A stretch of DNA of 64,000 nucleotides from Gaiellaceae bacterium (GTDB taxonomy: Bacteria > Actinomycetota > Thermoleophilia > Gaiellales > Gaiellaceae), in NCBI GenBank assembly GCA_036001625.1, contig DASYUD010000006.1, positions 4,841 to 68,840 on the forward strand, read 5' to 3'. Positions within the stretch are counted from its first letter, which is position 1. Every line of letters begins with the position of its first letter. The position numbers were made by a program, and so were the translations under genes. The notes under the pieces were generated by a model. That model was given only the letters and a program-made list of their open reading frames with translations, did not search any database and was not told where the DNA came from. Below, piece by piece: positions 17,402 through 26,738 of this stretch.

Positions 17402-18940
17402 GTGGCAAAGATGCTGTTCAGGCTGCCGAAGGCGGCCAACGTCGTCGAGAACCCGAGCCCCGACGAGGTCAAGGGACTCGCGGCGGAGATGCCGAACGCA
17501 CGGCCGACGCGGTACGGGAACCTCAACGTCCAGACCAAGGTCGCCTCGCGCTCGAAGCGCTCGACCTACCTCGTCACCGACGAGCCCGACGGGCAGAACC
17601 AGTCGATCACGCGCGAGGAGGGGCTGCGCTGGGCGGAGGCGCAGGACGCCTACATCGCCGAGCAGGAGATGGTGCAGATCGACGGCTACATCGGCAACGA
17701 CCTGGACTTCCGCACCCCGGCGCGGCTGTTCGTCGAGGCCGCGAATGCGAACATCGCTGCCATGCAGCAGCAGCTCTACTTCGACCCGGACGGCGAGGCC
17801 CACGAGCCCGAGTTGACCGTCGTCTACACACCGAACCTAGACGCCGAGGGCTACCCGGACGATCGTTTGATCGCGGTCGATCTGGAGCAAGGCGTGACGC
17901 GGGTCTTCAACTCGGACTACTTCGGCGAGTCGAAGAAGGGCGGCCTGCGCATGTGGAACAAGCTCGTCTATGACCGGGGTGGGCTGCCGCTGCACGCGGG
18001 CTGCAAGATCATCCCGACGCGCCGCGGCCGACGGGTCGGCTTGATCGTCGGCCTCTCGGGGACGGGCAAGACGACGACGACGTTCACGCGCCAGAACGGC
18101 TCGCTCCCCGTCCAGGACGACTTCGTCGGCTGGATGCCCGACGGCCGGATCATGGCGACCGAGAACGGCTGCTTCGCCAAGACGTTCGGCCTCAATCCGG
18201 ACGACGAGCCGACGATCTACGGCGCCGTCACTCAGCCCGACTCGTACCTCGAGAACGTCTCCCAACACGGGGACGAGGTCGACTTCTTCGACACGAGCTA
18301 CACGCCGAACGGCCGTGCGACCTTCCCGTTCCGCGTGATCGAGTCGGGCGTGGACGAGGAGATCGAAGAGGCGCACTTCCTGCTGATCCTGAACAAGAAC
18401 GAGAACATCATCCCCGCCGTCGCGAAGCTCGAGGGGCCGCAGGCCGCGGCCTTCTTCATGCTCGGGGAGACGCAGGGGACGAGCGCGGGCGGGGCCGACG
18501 AGGCCGGCAAGTTCCTGCGCGTGCCCGGGACGAACCCGTTCTTCCCGATGCCGCACGACCTCCAGGGCAACCGCTTCCTCGAGCTGCTCGAGGAGCACCC
18601 GCTCGAGGTCTACCTCATGAACACGGGGCGGGTCGGCGGGTCGGAGGACGACCCTCGCTCGAAGAAGGTGAAGATCAGGCACTCGTCGGCGATCGTGAAG
18701 GGGATCGCCGAGGGGACGATCGAGTGGGAGCGCGACCCCGACTTCGGGTACCTCGTGGCGAGCCGCGTCCCGGGGATCGACGACGAGGATCTCGACATTC
18801 TCCAGCCGCAGCGTCTGTACGAGGCGACGGGACGCAAGGAGGAGTGCGACGCGGGCATCGAGCGGCTGAAGGACGCCCGCGCCGAGTTCCTCTCGAAGTA
18901 CCCGAGCCTCTCCGAAGAGATCGTGGACTCGGTTCACTAG
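17402..18940 (+). CDS. pckA: phosphoenolpyruvate carboxykinase (ATP-type)
   Basis: GLSGTGKTT kinase motif and PckA-like length. Start at GTG 17402 (GAAGGAG 9 nt upstream) or ATG 17411. The TTG 17258 extension covers the repeat and was rejected. Confidence 0.85.
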   Translation: MAKMLFRLPKAANVVENPSPDEVKGLAAEMPNARPTRYGNLNVQTKVASRSKRSTYLVTDEPDGQNQSITREEGLRWAEAQDAYIAEQEMVQIDGYIGNDLDFRTPARLFVEAANANIAAMQQQLYFDPDGEAHEPELTVVYTPNLDAEGYPDDRLIAVDLEQGVTRVFNSDYFGESKKGGLRMWNKLVYDRGGLPLHAGCKIIPTRRGRRVGLIVGLSGTGKTTTTFTRQNGSLPVQDDFVGWMPDGRIMATENGCFAKTFGLNPDDEPTIYGAVTQPDSYLENVSQHGDEVDFFDTSYTPNGRATFPFRVIESGVDEEIEEAHFLLILNKNENIIPAVAKLEGPQAAAFFMLGETQGTSAGGADEAGKFLRVPGTNPFFPMPHDLQGNRFLELLEEHPLEVYLMNTGRVGGSEDDPRSKKVKIRHSSAIVKGIAEGTIEWERDPDFGYLVASRVPGIDDEDLDILQPQRLYEATGRKEECDAGIERLKDARAEFLSKYPSLSEEIVDSVH

Positions 18941-18973
18941 AGGGAGCGCCACGGCGGGCGCGAATCCCGCTCC

Positions 18974-19819
18974 GTGTCAACCCGCGCAATCGAACGGTTC
19001 CTGGAGAGCCCCGCCCTCGCCGACGCGACACGGCGCGCGTACCGCGTCGACGTCCAGGAGTTCGCGGCCTGGCTGCGGGTGCGCGGAGCGCGGCTCGACG
19101 AGGTGGACGCTGCAACGCTCGCCGCCTACGCCGCCGAGCTCGGCGCAGCCCGGCCGGGCCGCCGGCCCCGCAAGCTTGCGCGCGCGACGATCGCCCGCAA
19201 GCTGGCGGCGGTTCGCGCGCTCCTTCGCTTTGCGCTCGGCCCGGGGAGGGTGACCGACGCCCAGCTCGGGCCGAGGCGCGCGCGCAGGCTTCCCGAGGTG
19301 CCGAACCGCGACGAGGTGGACGCCCTTCTCGAGCGGCTCTCGGGCGACGACCCGCTGGCCCTTCGCAACCGCGCCCTCCTCGAGCTCGTCTACTCGGCCG
19401 GGCTCCGGAGCCGGGAGGCGGTCGACCTCGAGCTGGGCGACGTCGACTTCGAGCAGGAGGCGGTTCGCGTCAAGGGCAAAGGCGGCAAGGAGCGCGCCGT
19501 GCCGCTCGGGGAAGAGGCCGCGTACCGCCTTCGCCGCTACCTCGAGGATGGGCGGCCGCACCTGGCGCGCGGCGCCGAGAACGCCCTCTTCCTCTCCGCC
19601 CGCGGGCGCCGGCTCGACACGAGCACCCTGCGCCGCCTCCTTCCCCACCCCCACCGCCTGCGGCACGCGTTCGCGACCCACTTGCTCGAGGGCGGAGCCG
19701 ACCTCCGCGTCATCCAGGAGCTGCTCGGACACAGCTCGCTCTCGACGACGCAGGTCTACAGCCACGTGGACGGCCGCCGCCTGCGCAAGGTGTATGACAG
19801 AGCCCATCCCCGATCCTGA
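18974..19819 (+). CDS. tyrosine recombinase, XerC/XerD family (first of tandem pair)
   Basis: LRHAFATHLLEGGADLRVIQELLGHSSLSTTQVYSHV. N-terminal SAM-like core-binding region. Confidence 0.85.
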   Translation: MSTRAIERFLESPALADATRRAYRVDVQEFAAWLRVRGARLDEVDAATLAAYAAELGAARPGRRPRKLARATIARKLAAVRALLRFALGPGRVTDAQLGPRRARRLPEVPNRDEVDALLERLSGDDPLALRNRALLELVYSAGLRSREAVDLELGDVDFEQEAVRVKGKGGKERAVPLGEEAAYRLRRYLEDGRPHLARGAENALFLSARGRRLDTSTLRRLLPHPHRLRHAFATHLLEGGADLRVIQELLGHSSLSTTQVYSHVDGRRLRKVYDRAHPRS

Positions 19820-20741
19820 GCTCGAGGGCTTTCTCGCCGTCGCGGCGGCGAGGCTCGCACCGCGGACGGTCGACTCGTACCGGCGCGACCTCGTCGCCGT
19901 CTCCAAGTGGCTTGGCCGCTCGCCGGCCTCAGCAACGCGCGAGGAGCTCGAGCGCTACCTGGCCGAGCTGCGCGCTGCGGGCCTCACCGCCTCGACGATC
20001 GCCCGCCGTCTGGCCGCTGTCCGCGCGCTCTTCCGCCACCAGCTGCTCCTCGGCGCGCGCGCTGACAACCCGGCGGCCGAGATCGACTTGCCGAGACGAG
20101 TACGCCGCCTCCCCCGGACGCTCTCGGCCGGCGAGGCCGAGCGGCTCGTCGAGGCGGCCGCCGGGACGAGCCCGCGCGCGCTCCGTGACCGGGCGCTCGT
20201 CGAGCTCCTCTACGGCGCGGGGCTTCGCGTGAGCGAGGCGGTCGGCCTCGAGCGGGGCGGGGTCGACCTCGACGAGCGCCTCGTCCGCTCGGTCGGCAAG
20301 GGAGACAAGGAACGTGTGGTCCCGATCGGAAGGCAGGCGGCCGACGCGCTGCGCCGCTACCTCGCCCAGGGGCGGCCGTTCCTCGACCGGCGGCACCGCG
20401 CGGAGCTCTTTCTGAACGCGCAGGGCGGGCCGCTCACGCGCGCAGGCGCCTTCTTCATCCTCCGCCGGCTCGCGGAGAAGGCCGGTCTCGAGCCAGGCCG
20501 TGTCCATCCCCACCTCCTGCGCCATTCCTTTGCGTCCCACCTGCTCGAGGGCGGCGCCGATCTCCGCAGCGTGCAGGAGATGCTCGGCCACGCCGACCTC
20601 GCCACGACCGAGCTCTACACGCACGTGACAGACCGCCGCCGGCGCGAGGCCTACTTCGCGGCTCATCCTCATGCGCGTCGAAAGCTCAAGGTTTCCGGCC
20701 GCGCGCCGATGCCTAGACCGACCCAGGATGGCTCAACTTGA
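19794..20741 (+). CDS. tyrosine recombinase, XerC/XerD family (second of tandem pair)
   Basis: Met83 of ORF 19548..20741. LLRHSFASHLLEGGADLRSVQEMLGHADLATTELYTHV. Overlaps the first gene by 26 nt. Confidence 0.85.
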   Translation: MTEPIPDPELEGFLAVAAARLAPRTVDSYRRDLVAVSKWLGRSPASATREELERYLAELRAAGLTASTIARRLAAVRALFRHQLLLGARADNPAAEIDLPRRVRRLPRTLSAGEAERLVEAAAGTSPRALRDRALVELLYGAGLRVSEAVGLERGGVDLDERLVRSVGKGDKERVVPIGRQAADALRRYLAQGRPFLDRRHRAELFLNAQGGPLTRAGAFFILRRLAEKAGLEPGRVHPHLLRHSFASHLLEGGADLRSVQEMLGHADLATTELYTHVTDRRRREAYFAAHPHARRKLKVSGRAPMPRPTQDGST

Positions 20742-20883
20742 CCCTCAGTTCGCCGTACTTTTCGCCCTCACGAGCAGCGTGGGCTATCTGATGGTGATGA
20801 GCGGCGTCGGCAAGAGCCTCCTCGAGTGGAAACGCCGCCGCTCTTGTCCCGCCTGCGGCCGCCATCCGTGCGGCTGCAACTGA
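20728..20883 (+). CDS. 51-aa single-TM protein with Cys-rich tail
   Basis: MAQLDPQFAVLFALTSSVGYLMVMSGVGKSLLEWKRRRSCPACGRHPCGCN. Overlaps the recombinase 3' end by 14 nt. Confidence 0.4.
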   Translation: MAQLDPQFAVLFALTSSVGYLMVMSGVGKSLLEWKRRRSCPACGRHPCGCN

Positions 20884-20888
20884 GCGCG

Positions 20889-21389
20889 CTAGCGCCTCGT
20901 CGCCTCTCTCTTCCGTAGCACCTCCGCGATCTTTCGCGCGGCCGCTCGCAGCTCGCGATCCTGCTCGTCGTCGTCCGCGAGTGAGCTCAGGAGCACGATC
21001 GTCTCCCGCTGAGGCGAGCCGTTCTTCAGGCAGAGCACTGCGAGCCGGCGGACCGCCTGGTTGTCGTCGTGGGCGGCCAGCTCCTGGAGGAGCGGCCGCA
21101 CGGTGTTGACGAGGCCCGGATGCTCTCGGGAGAGAAGCTCGAGCGACATGAGCGCCGAGCCGCGGCAGGCAGGGCTCTCGTCCTCGATCCCCCGCCGGAG
21201 GAGCTCGGTCTTCTGGCGGAAGCGGAACTGCCCGATCGCGCGATACGCCACGATCCGATCGCGGTAGTCGCGCGATCGAGCGGCCGACTCGAGCTCATCG
21301 GCCCACGTGGAGCGCAGGCCGGCGAGCTCGCGCTCCTTGCCCTCCTCGGCGAGGGCCTGAGCCTGCGCCGCTGCCTCCTGGAGCGTCAG
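20889..21389 (-). CDS. HEAT-repeat-like protein; start unresolved (possible CTG)
   Basis: ...VAYRAIGQFRFRQKTELLRRGIEDESPACRGSALMSLELL...DDNQAVRRLAVLCLKNG. The protein-like sequence begins at LTLQEAAAQ; that CTG overlaps the citrate synthase TGA (CTGA). The next canonical start (ATG 21512) adds R-rich junk. Confidence 0.5.
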   Translation of the reverse strand: MTLQEAAAQAQALAEEGKERELAGLRSTWADELESAARSRDYRDRIVAYRAIGQFRFRQKTELLRRGIEDESPACRGSALMSLELLSREHPGLVNTVRPLLQELAAHDDNQAVRRLAVLCLKNGSPQRETIVLLSSLADDDEQDRELRAAARKIAEVLRKREATRR

Positions 21390-22477
21390 CTCGCCGAGGC
21401 GCCGTTGAGTGAGCGGGGCGCCGGACCGACGTACTGCGCGGACGGCCGGAACAGCCGCCCGGTCCTCTTCTGCTCCAGGATGTGTGCCGACCAGCCGGCC
21501 ACCCGGGAGCATGCGAACATCGCGGGGGCCAGCGCGGGCGGGATGTTGGCGACATCGAGCACGACGGCCGAGTAGTACTCGACGTTGGTCGCAAGAACCC
21601 GCTCGGGATGACGCTCCTGTAGAGCTGCCAACGCCACGCCCTCGAGCTTCTCCGCAATTTCGACGTGCGGCGAGCCGAGCTCTTTCGCGACTCGCTTGAG
21701 GAGCCGGGAGCGAGGATCCTCGGCGCGATAGATGCGGTGCCCGAAGCCCATGATCCGCTTGCCGCTTTCGAGCGTCTCGCGGACCCAACGCTCGGCGTCG
21801 CCCGTCGCCGCCACCTCTTCCAGCATCGGGATCACATAGGCAGGCGCTCCCCCGTGCAACGGGCCGGAGAGCGCACCGACCGCCGCCGAGAGCGCAGCGC
21901 CGCAGTCGGCGCCGGTCGAAGCGACAATCCGAGCAGTGAAGGTCGACGCGTTCAGCCCGTGCTCGGCCGTGCAGATCCAGTACGTATCGATCGCCTTCAC
22001 GTGCGGCGGATCCGCCTCGCCGCGCCAGCGGAGCAAGAACTTCTCCGCGGCGGTCTTCCCGCGCGCGACGACGTCGTCCGGCACCTGGTCGGTGTAGCCG
22101 TCGGCGACGCGCGCCGAGCGGGCGACGATCGACATCATCTGCGCCGACAGCCGGCCCAGGTCCTCTCGCGCCTGCTCATCCGAGATCTCGTTCAACTTGC
22201 CGAGCTTCCACTCGCCCGCAAGCCGGGCAGTCTCGGCCTGAAGGTCGGCCGTCGCGCTCCCCGTCAGCGCCGGCGGCTCGTAGGGCTCCGGCTGCGGCAT
22301 GGCGGAGCTGACGTCGTTGTCGACAAGCAGCCCCCAGACGCATTCGTAGGGGTAGTGACCGACGAGCTCCTCGATGTCCACGCCCCGATAGCGGAGCGAG
22401 CCGCCCTCACGGTCGGGCTCGGCGATCTCCGTCTCGACCGCGACGACGCCTTCGAGCCCTGGCTTGAAGTCGCTCAT
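21386..22477 (-). CDS. gltA: citrate synthase
   Basis: HGLNASTFTARIVASTGAD, LSGPLHGGA, GFGHRIY. Start at Met15 (MSDFKPGLEGV); the GTG at 22519 would overlap the icd start. Confidence 0.9.
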   Translation of the reverse strand: MSDFKPGLEGVVAVETEIAEPDREGGSLRYRGVDIEELVGHYPYECVWGLLVDNDVSSAMPQPEPYEPPALTGSATADLQAETARLAGEWKLGKLNEISDEQAREDLGRLSAQMMSIVARSARVADGYTDQVPDDVVARGKTAAEKFLLRWRGEADPPHVKAIDTYWICTAEHGLNASTFTARIVASTGADCGAALSAAVGALSGPLHGGAPAYVIPMLEEVAATGDAERWVRETLESGKRIMGFGHRIYRAEDPRSRLLKRVAKELGSPHVEIAEKLEGVALAALQERHPERVLATNVEYYSAVVLDVANIPPALAPAMFACSRVAGWSAHILEQKRTGRLFRPSAQYVGPAPRSLNGASAS

Positions 22478-22510
22478 CCGGGGGAAATCTACAGGTAGAG
22501 TCGCCGCGGC

Positions 22511-23599
22511 ATGGCTCACCGGGTCACGCTCATTCCCGGGGACGGCACCGGCCCCGAGCTAGCCGAAGCGACCCGGCGCGTGCTCGAGGCGACCGGTGTC
22601 GAGCTCGACTGGGACGTCCAGCGCGCCGGCAGCGACGTCATGGAGGAGTACGGCGGAAACCCGCTTCCCGACCACGTCCTCGAGGCGATCAGGGCCAGCG
22701 GAGTAGCCCTCAAAGGACCGATCACTACACCGGTGGGCGGCGGCTTTCGGTCGGTCAACGTCGCGCTGCGCAGGGGGCTCGACCTCTATGGGCAGGTGAG
22801 GCCCTGCAAGAGCTACCGCGGCGTGCGCTCGCGCTACGAGGGCGTCGACCTCGTCATCGTTCGCGAGGCGACCGAGGACCTGTACGCGGGCATCGAGTAC
22901 GAGGCCGGCTCCGAGGACGCGCGCGAGCTGACGGAGTGGATCCGCGAGCGCGGCGGCAAGCTCCGGGACGACGCGGGCATCTCGATCAAGCCGATCTCGC
23001 TCGAGGGGACGCGCCGAATCCTCGAGTTCGCCTTCGACTACGCGCGCCGGCTCGGCCGCCGCAAGGTGACGACCGTGCACAAGGCGAACATCATGAAGTT
23101 CTCGGACGGGCTCTGGCTCCAGGTCTCGCGCGAGGTCGCCGAGCAGAACTCGGACGTCGAGTTCGAGGACCGGATCGTGGACAACCTCTGCATGCAGCTC
23201 GTGCAGCGCCCCGAGGAATACGACGTCCTCGTCCTCCCGAACCTCTACGGCGACATCGTCTCCGACCTGGCCGCCGGGCTCGTCGGCGGGCTCGGGCTCG
23301 CGCCGGGGGCGAACTTCGGCACCGAGGCGGCTGTCTTCGAGCCGACGCACGGCTCGGCGCCCAAGTACACCGGCCAGAACAAGGTGAACCCGATGGCGAT
23401 GATGCTCTCGGGCGTCCTCATGCTGCGCCATCTCGAGGAGGACGACGCCGCAGACCGCCTCGAGCAGGCGATCGCCGAGGTGATCGCCGAGGGACGCAGC
23501 GTCACCTACGACATGAAGCCGACACGTGATGACCCGACTGCCGTCGGCACGCGCGAGGTCGCGGACGCGGTGATCGAGAAGCTGGGGGTGCGCGTGTGA
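22511..23599 (+). CDS. icd: isocitrate dehydrogenase (isocitrate/isopropylmalate DH family, probably NAD-type)
   Basis: [46 protein letters not shown]. Lies between gltA and mdh. Confidence 0.8.
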   Translation: MAHRVTLIPGDGTGPELAEATRRVLEATGVELDWDVQRAGSDVMEEYGGNPLPDHVLEAIRASGVALKGPITTPVGGGFRSVNVALRRGLDLYGQVRPCKSYRGVRSRYEGVDLVIVREATEDLYAGIEYEAGSEDARELTEWIRERGGKLRDDAGISIKPISLEGTRRILEFAFDYARRLGRRKVTTVHKANIMKFSDGLWLQVSREVAEQNSDVEFEDRIVDNLCMQLVQRPEEYDVLVLPNLYGDIVSDLAAGLVGGLGLAPGANFGTEAAVFEPTHGSAPKYTGQNKVNPMAMMLSGVLMLRHLEEDDAADRLEQAIAEVIAEGRSVTYDMKPTRDDPTAVGTREVADAVIEKLGVRV

Positions 23600-24525
23600 G
23601 CGAGCGGCGCAAGGTCACGGTCGTGGGTGCCGGAAACGTCGGCGCCACGTGCGCGCAGGAGCTCGCGCGCCGCGACTACGCCGACGTCGTCCTCGTCGAC
23701 ATCAAGGAAGGGCTTCCCGAGGGCAAGGCGCTGGACGTCAACCAGGCGGGCGCAGTGCTCGGCTACGAGCCGAACATCAGGGGCTCGACGGTCTACGAGC
23801 CGACCGCCGGCTCGGACGTCGTCGTCGTCACCGCCGGCCTCCCGCGGCAGCCGGGGATGAGCCGGGACGACCTGGTGGCGACGAACGAGAAGATCGTCGG
23901 CTCGGTCACCGAGCAGGTGGTCGCCCAGTCGCCCGATGCCGTCCTGGTCGTCGTCTCGAACCCGCTCGATGCGATGTGCCACGTCGCGAAGAGCGTCTCC
24001 GGCTTTCCCAAGCAACGCGTCTTCGGACAGGCCGGGATCCTCGACACTGCGCGCTTCTCGACCTTCATCGCGTGGGAGACCGGCACCTCCGTCAAGGACG
24101 TGAGCGCGATGGTGCTGGGCGGACACGGCGACCAGATGGTCTCGGTCGTCTCGGCGACCACCGTCGGCGGCATCCCGTTGCGGAAGCTCCTTTCGGAGGA
24201 CAAGATCGCCGAGCTCGTCGAGCGCACCGCGAAGGGCGGCGGTGAGATCGTCGACTACCTCGGCACGTCGGCCTGGTACGCGCCCGGCGCGGCCGCCGCG
24301 CAGATGGTCGACGCGGTCATGCTCGACGAGAAGCGGGTCCTTCCCTGCACCGCCTACCTCGAGGGCGAGTACGGGATCGACGGGCTCTACATGGGCGTGC
24401 CGGTGAAGCTCGGGGCCGGCGGGATCGAGGAGGTCGTCGAGCTCGAGCTGACCGACGAGGAGCAGGCCGCGCTCGAGGCTTCGGCAGCGGCGGTCCGCGA
24501 GGTCGTCGGCGTCCTAAGCTCTTGA
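23596..24525 (+). CDS. mdh: malate dehydrogenase (LDH-like)
   Basis: [40 protein letters not shown] overlap with icd. Confidence 0.9.
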   Translation: MSERRKVTVVGAGNVGATCAQELARRDYADVVLVDIKEGLPEGKALDVNQAGAVLGYEPNIRGSTVYEPTAGSDVVVVTAGLPRQPGMSRDDLVATNEKIVGSVTEQVVAQSPDAVLVVVSNPLDAMCHVAKSVSGFPKQRVFGQAGILDTARFSTFIAWETGTSVKDVSAMVLGGHGDQMVSVVSATTVGGIPLRKLLSEDKIAELVERTAKGGGEIVDYLGTSAWYAPGAAAAQMVDAVMLDEKRVLPCTAYLEGEYGIDGLYMGVPVKLGAGGIEEVVELELTDEEQAALEASAAAVREVVGVLSS

Positions 24526-24536
24526 GGGTGGCCTAG

Positions 24537-25280
24537 GTGGACCTCGGACTTCGCGCCCGCACCGCAATCGTCTGCGGCGCGTCGTCCGGCATGGGGCTCG
24601 CCGTCTCGGAGGCCCTCGCCGAAGAGGGGGCGAACGTCGCCATGTTCGCCCGCCGCCGAGAACCGCTCGACCGCGAGGCGGAGCGCATCGGCGCGCTCGC
24701 CGTCCGCGGCGACCTGACGAATCCGCTCGATCTGAAGCGGCTCGTCGAGCGCACGGTCGAGGCCTTTGGCGGGATCGACATCCTCGTCAACAACGGCGGC
24801 GGCCCACCGCGAACGAGCGCGGAGGCAATCGACGACCATGCCCTGGAGGCAGCGGTCGACCTCCTCCTCCTGTCTGCGATTCGCCTGACGAACCTCTGTC
24901 TCGGCCACCTGCGCCGGAGCGAGCGGGGGCGAATCATCAACATCACCTCCAGCTCGGTCCGCGAGCCGATCGACAACCTCGCCCTGTCGAACGCGGTCCG
25001 GCCGGGAGTGATCGGCTGGGCCAAGACGCTCGCGCGGGAGGTCGGACCGGACGGCGTGACGGTCAACTCGATCGCACCGGGGCGGATCGACACGCCGCGC
25101 CTAGCCGAGGTCTACGTCGGACGCTCCCGCGCGGACGACCTCGCCGCGATACCCGTGCGCCGCTTCGGCCGGCCACGCGAGGTAGCTGACGTCGTCTGCT
25201 TCCTTGCCTCCGAGCGGTCGTCCTACGTCACGGGGGCGGTCATCCCCGTCGACGGCGGGCTCACACGAGGGCTTCTGTAG
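24537..25280 (+). CDS. short-chain dehydrogenase/reductase (SDR)
   Basis: AIVCGASSGMGLAV, LVNNGGGP, C-terminal YVTGAVIPVDGG. Confidence 0.85.
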   Translation: MDLGLRARTAIVCGASSGMGLAVSEALAEEGANVAMFARRREPLDREAERIGALAVRGDLTNPLDLKRLVERTVEAFGGIDILVNNGGGPPRTSAEAIDDHALEAAVDLLLLSAIRLTNLCLGHLRRSERGRIINITSSSVREPIDNLALSNAVRPGVIGWAKTLAREVGPDGVTVNSIAPGRIDTPRLAEVYVGRSRADDLAAIPVRRFGRPREVADVVCFLASERSSYVTGAVIPVDGGLTRGLL

Positions 25281-25325
25281 AGGGATTTTCGAACCGCACG
25301 AAGCGGCTCGCCGTATCCTGAGACA

Positions 25326-26357
25326 GTGGCGCGTCTCTTCTCCCCCGTCCGCCTTGTGGCAGCGGGCCTCGTTCTCCTCGCCGTCGCGGCAGTTCTCTAC
25401 ATCGCTCCCTCGGACGAGTACATCTTCCTTCCCGACCGCGCGCTCCCGGTCGCCCCGTTCGTCACGGTCAAGGGCGAGCGACGGGACCGCGACGGCGGCG
25501 GCATCTACTACGTCGCGGTCGACGTGCGGAAAGCGAGCCTCCTCGAGAAGCTCTTCCACGGTTTGCACGAGGGATCGACGCTCGTCCCCTCGTCCGAGGT
25601 TCGCGCTCCTGGGGAGAGCGAGAAGGCGCGGCGGCAGGGGGAGCTGCACCAGATGGCGCAATCACAAGAAGTCGCCTCCGCAGTGGCCCTCCGGGCGCTC
25701 GGCCGGCACGTCGTCGTTCGTTCGCGGGGGACGACGCTTGCCGCAGTCGCCCTCGACGGCCCTTCGGCGGGCAAGCTCGAGCCGAACGACATCGTGGTCA
25801 GCGTGGACGGCCGGCGCGCAGCGTTCCCCGCCGACCTTCGCAGGCTCATCCAGAAGCACCAGCCCGGGGAGACTGTGCAGTTGACCATTCGCCGGGGGGA
25901 TCACCTGCGGAAGGTGGCCGTGCAGACAATCGCTGATCCTGCCGATCGCCGGCGGCCGATCATCGGCGTCTTCCCCGACTGCGCTCTTCAGAACTCCGCC
26001 CAGATCGATCTTCCGCTGCCCGTGCACATCGACCTGGGCCAGGTCGGTGGGCCTTCGGCCGGGCTCGCCTTTGCGCTCGACCTCGTCGAAGAGCTGGGCC
26101 GTGACGTCGACCATGGGCACAAGGTCGCCGCGACCGGCGAGCTCTGCCTCGACGGCACTGTCGGCCCGGTCGGAGGTCTCAAGCAGAAGACGATCGGCGC
26201 CAAGCGGGCAGGAGTCGACGTCTTCCTCGTCCCGGCTGGGGAAAACGCGGACGAGGCTCGACGCTACGCGGGCGGCATGCGCGTCGTCCCTGTGGAGAGT
26301 TTTCGACAGGCGTTGCGCGTTCTGGCGACATTGCCGCCGAAAGGACAAGAAACGTAG
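25326..26357 (+). CDS. PDZ-domain Lon-like S16 peptidase (YlbL/SdrC-like)
   Basis: N-terminal TM, PDZ-like middle, and a Lon proteolytic domain: GGPSAGLAFALDLVEEL...ATGELCLDGTVGPVGGLKQK. Confidence 0.8.
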   Translation: MARLFSPVRLVAAGLVLLAVAAVLYIAPSDEYIFLPDRALPVAPFVTVKGERRDRDGGGIYYVAVDVRKASLLEKLFHGLHEGSTLVPSSEVRAPGESEKARRQGELHQMAQSQEVASAVALRALGRHVVVRSRGTTLAAVALDGPSAGKLEPNDIVVSVDGRRAAFPADLRRLIQKHQPGETVQLTIRRGDHLRKVAVQTIADPADRRRPIIGVFPDCALQNSAQIDLPLPVHIDLGQVGGPSAGLAFALDLVEELGRDVDHGHKVAATGELCLDGTVGPVGGLKQKTIGAKRAGVDVFLVPAGENADEARRYAGGMRVVPVESFRQALRVLATLPPKGQET

Positions 26358-26413
26358 GTTTTCGGCAGGTTCAGCGCAACCGGAAATTCCTCAGTTTTCG
26401 TTCCTGGCAACCC

Positions 26414-26441
26414 TTGCAACCAGCGGCGACGGGCCTATGAT
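26414..26441 (+). promoter_or_regulatory. near-consensus sigma-70-type promoter candidate
   Basis: TTGCAA, 16 nt spacer, TATGAT. Lies 45 nt upstream of the small Cys-rich ORF. Confidence 0.45.
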
Positions 26442-26485
26442 CGCCTCCTGTTCCAAGGACGGCCCCTAGGAGAGCAAACGACTGA

Positions 26486-26665
26486 ATGAGCAAGAAAAAT
26501 AAAGCAACCTGCGAACTTTGCTACTTCCGTCAGGCGGGCCTGTGCGCCCTCCCCGAGTCTCCCTGCCCGACGTATCGTCCAGCGGGTAGCGGCTCCCTCT
26601 CTCCCCCGCGGCAGGCCCGCCTGATTCCACGCCCCCTTCCCGCTCTCGCGCCTCAGGTCGCCTAA
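26486..26665 (+). CDS. 59-aa Cys-rich small protein (below the ORF-track cutoff)
   Basis: Own translation: MSKKNKATCELCYFRQAGLCALPESPCPTYRPAGSGSLSPPRQARLIPRPLPALAPQVA*. AGGAGAG upstream. 7-bp hairpin ggccgcg...cgcggcc follows the stop. Confidence 0.45.
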   Translation: MSKKNKATCELCYFRQAGLCALPESPCPTYRPAGSGSLSPPRQARLIPRPLPALAPQVA

Positions 26666-26738
26666 GAGAGGCCGCGGCTTCGTATCGCCGGCGCGGCCTG
26701 ACGGTCGGCGTCGCAGGCGAGCGCCTTAGACTCCCTCA

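Noticed and set aside
18974-20741. Recombinase-in-trio (RIT) mobile element
   Set aside because: Only two tyrosine recombinase genes are present, and no flanking inverted repeats were seen.
22478-22519. GTG 22519 as the citrate synthase start
   Set aside because: It would overlap the icd start codon on the opposite strand. Met15 (MSDFKPGLEG) matches the usual citrate synthase N-terminus better.
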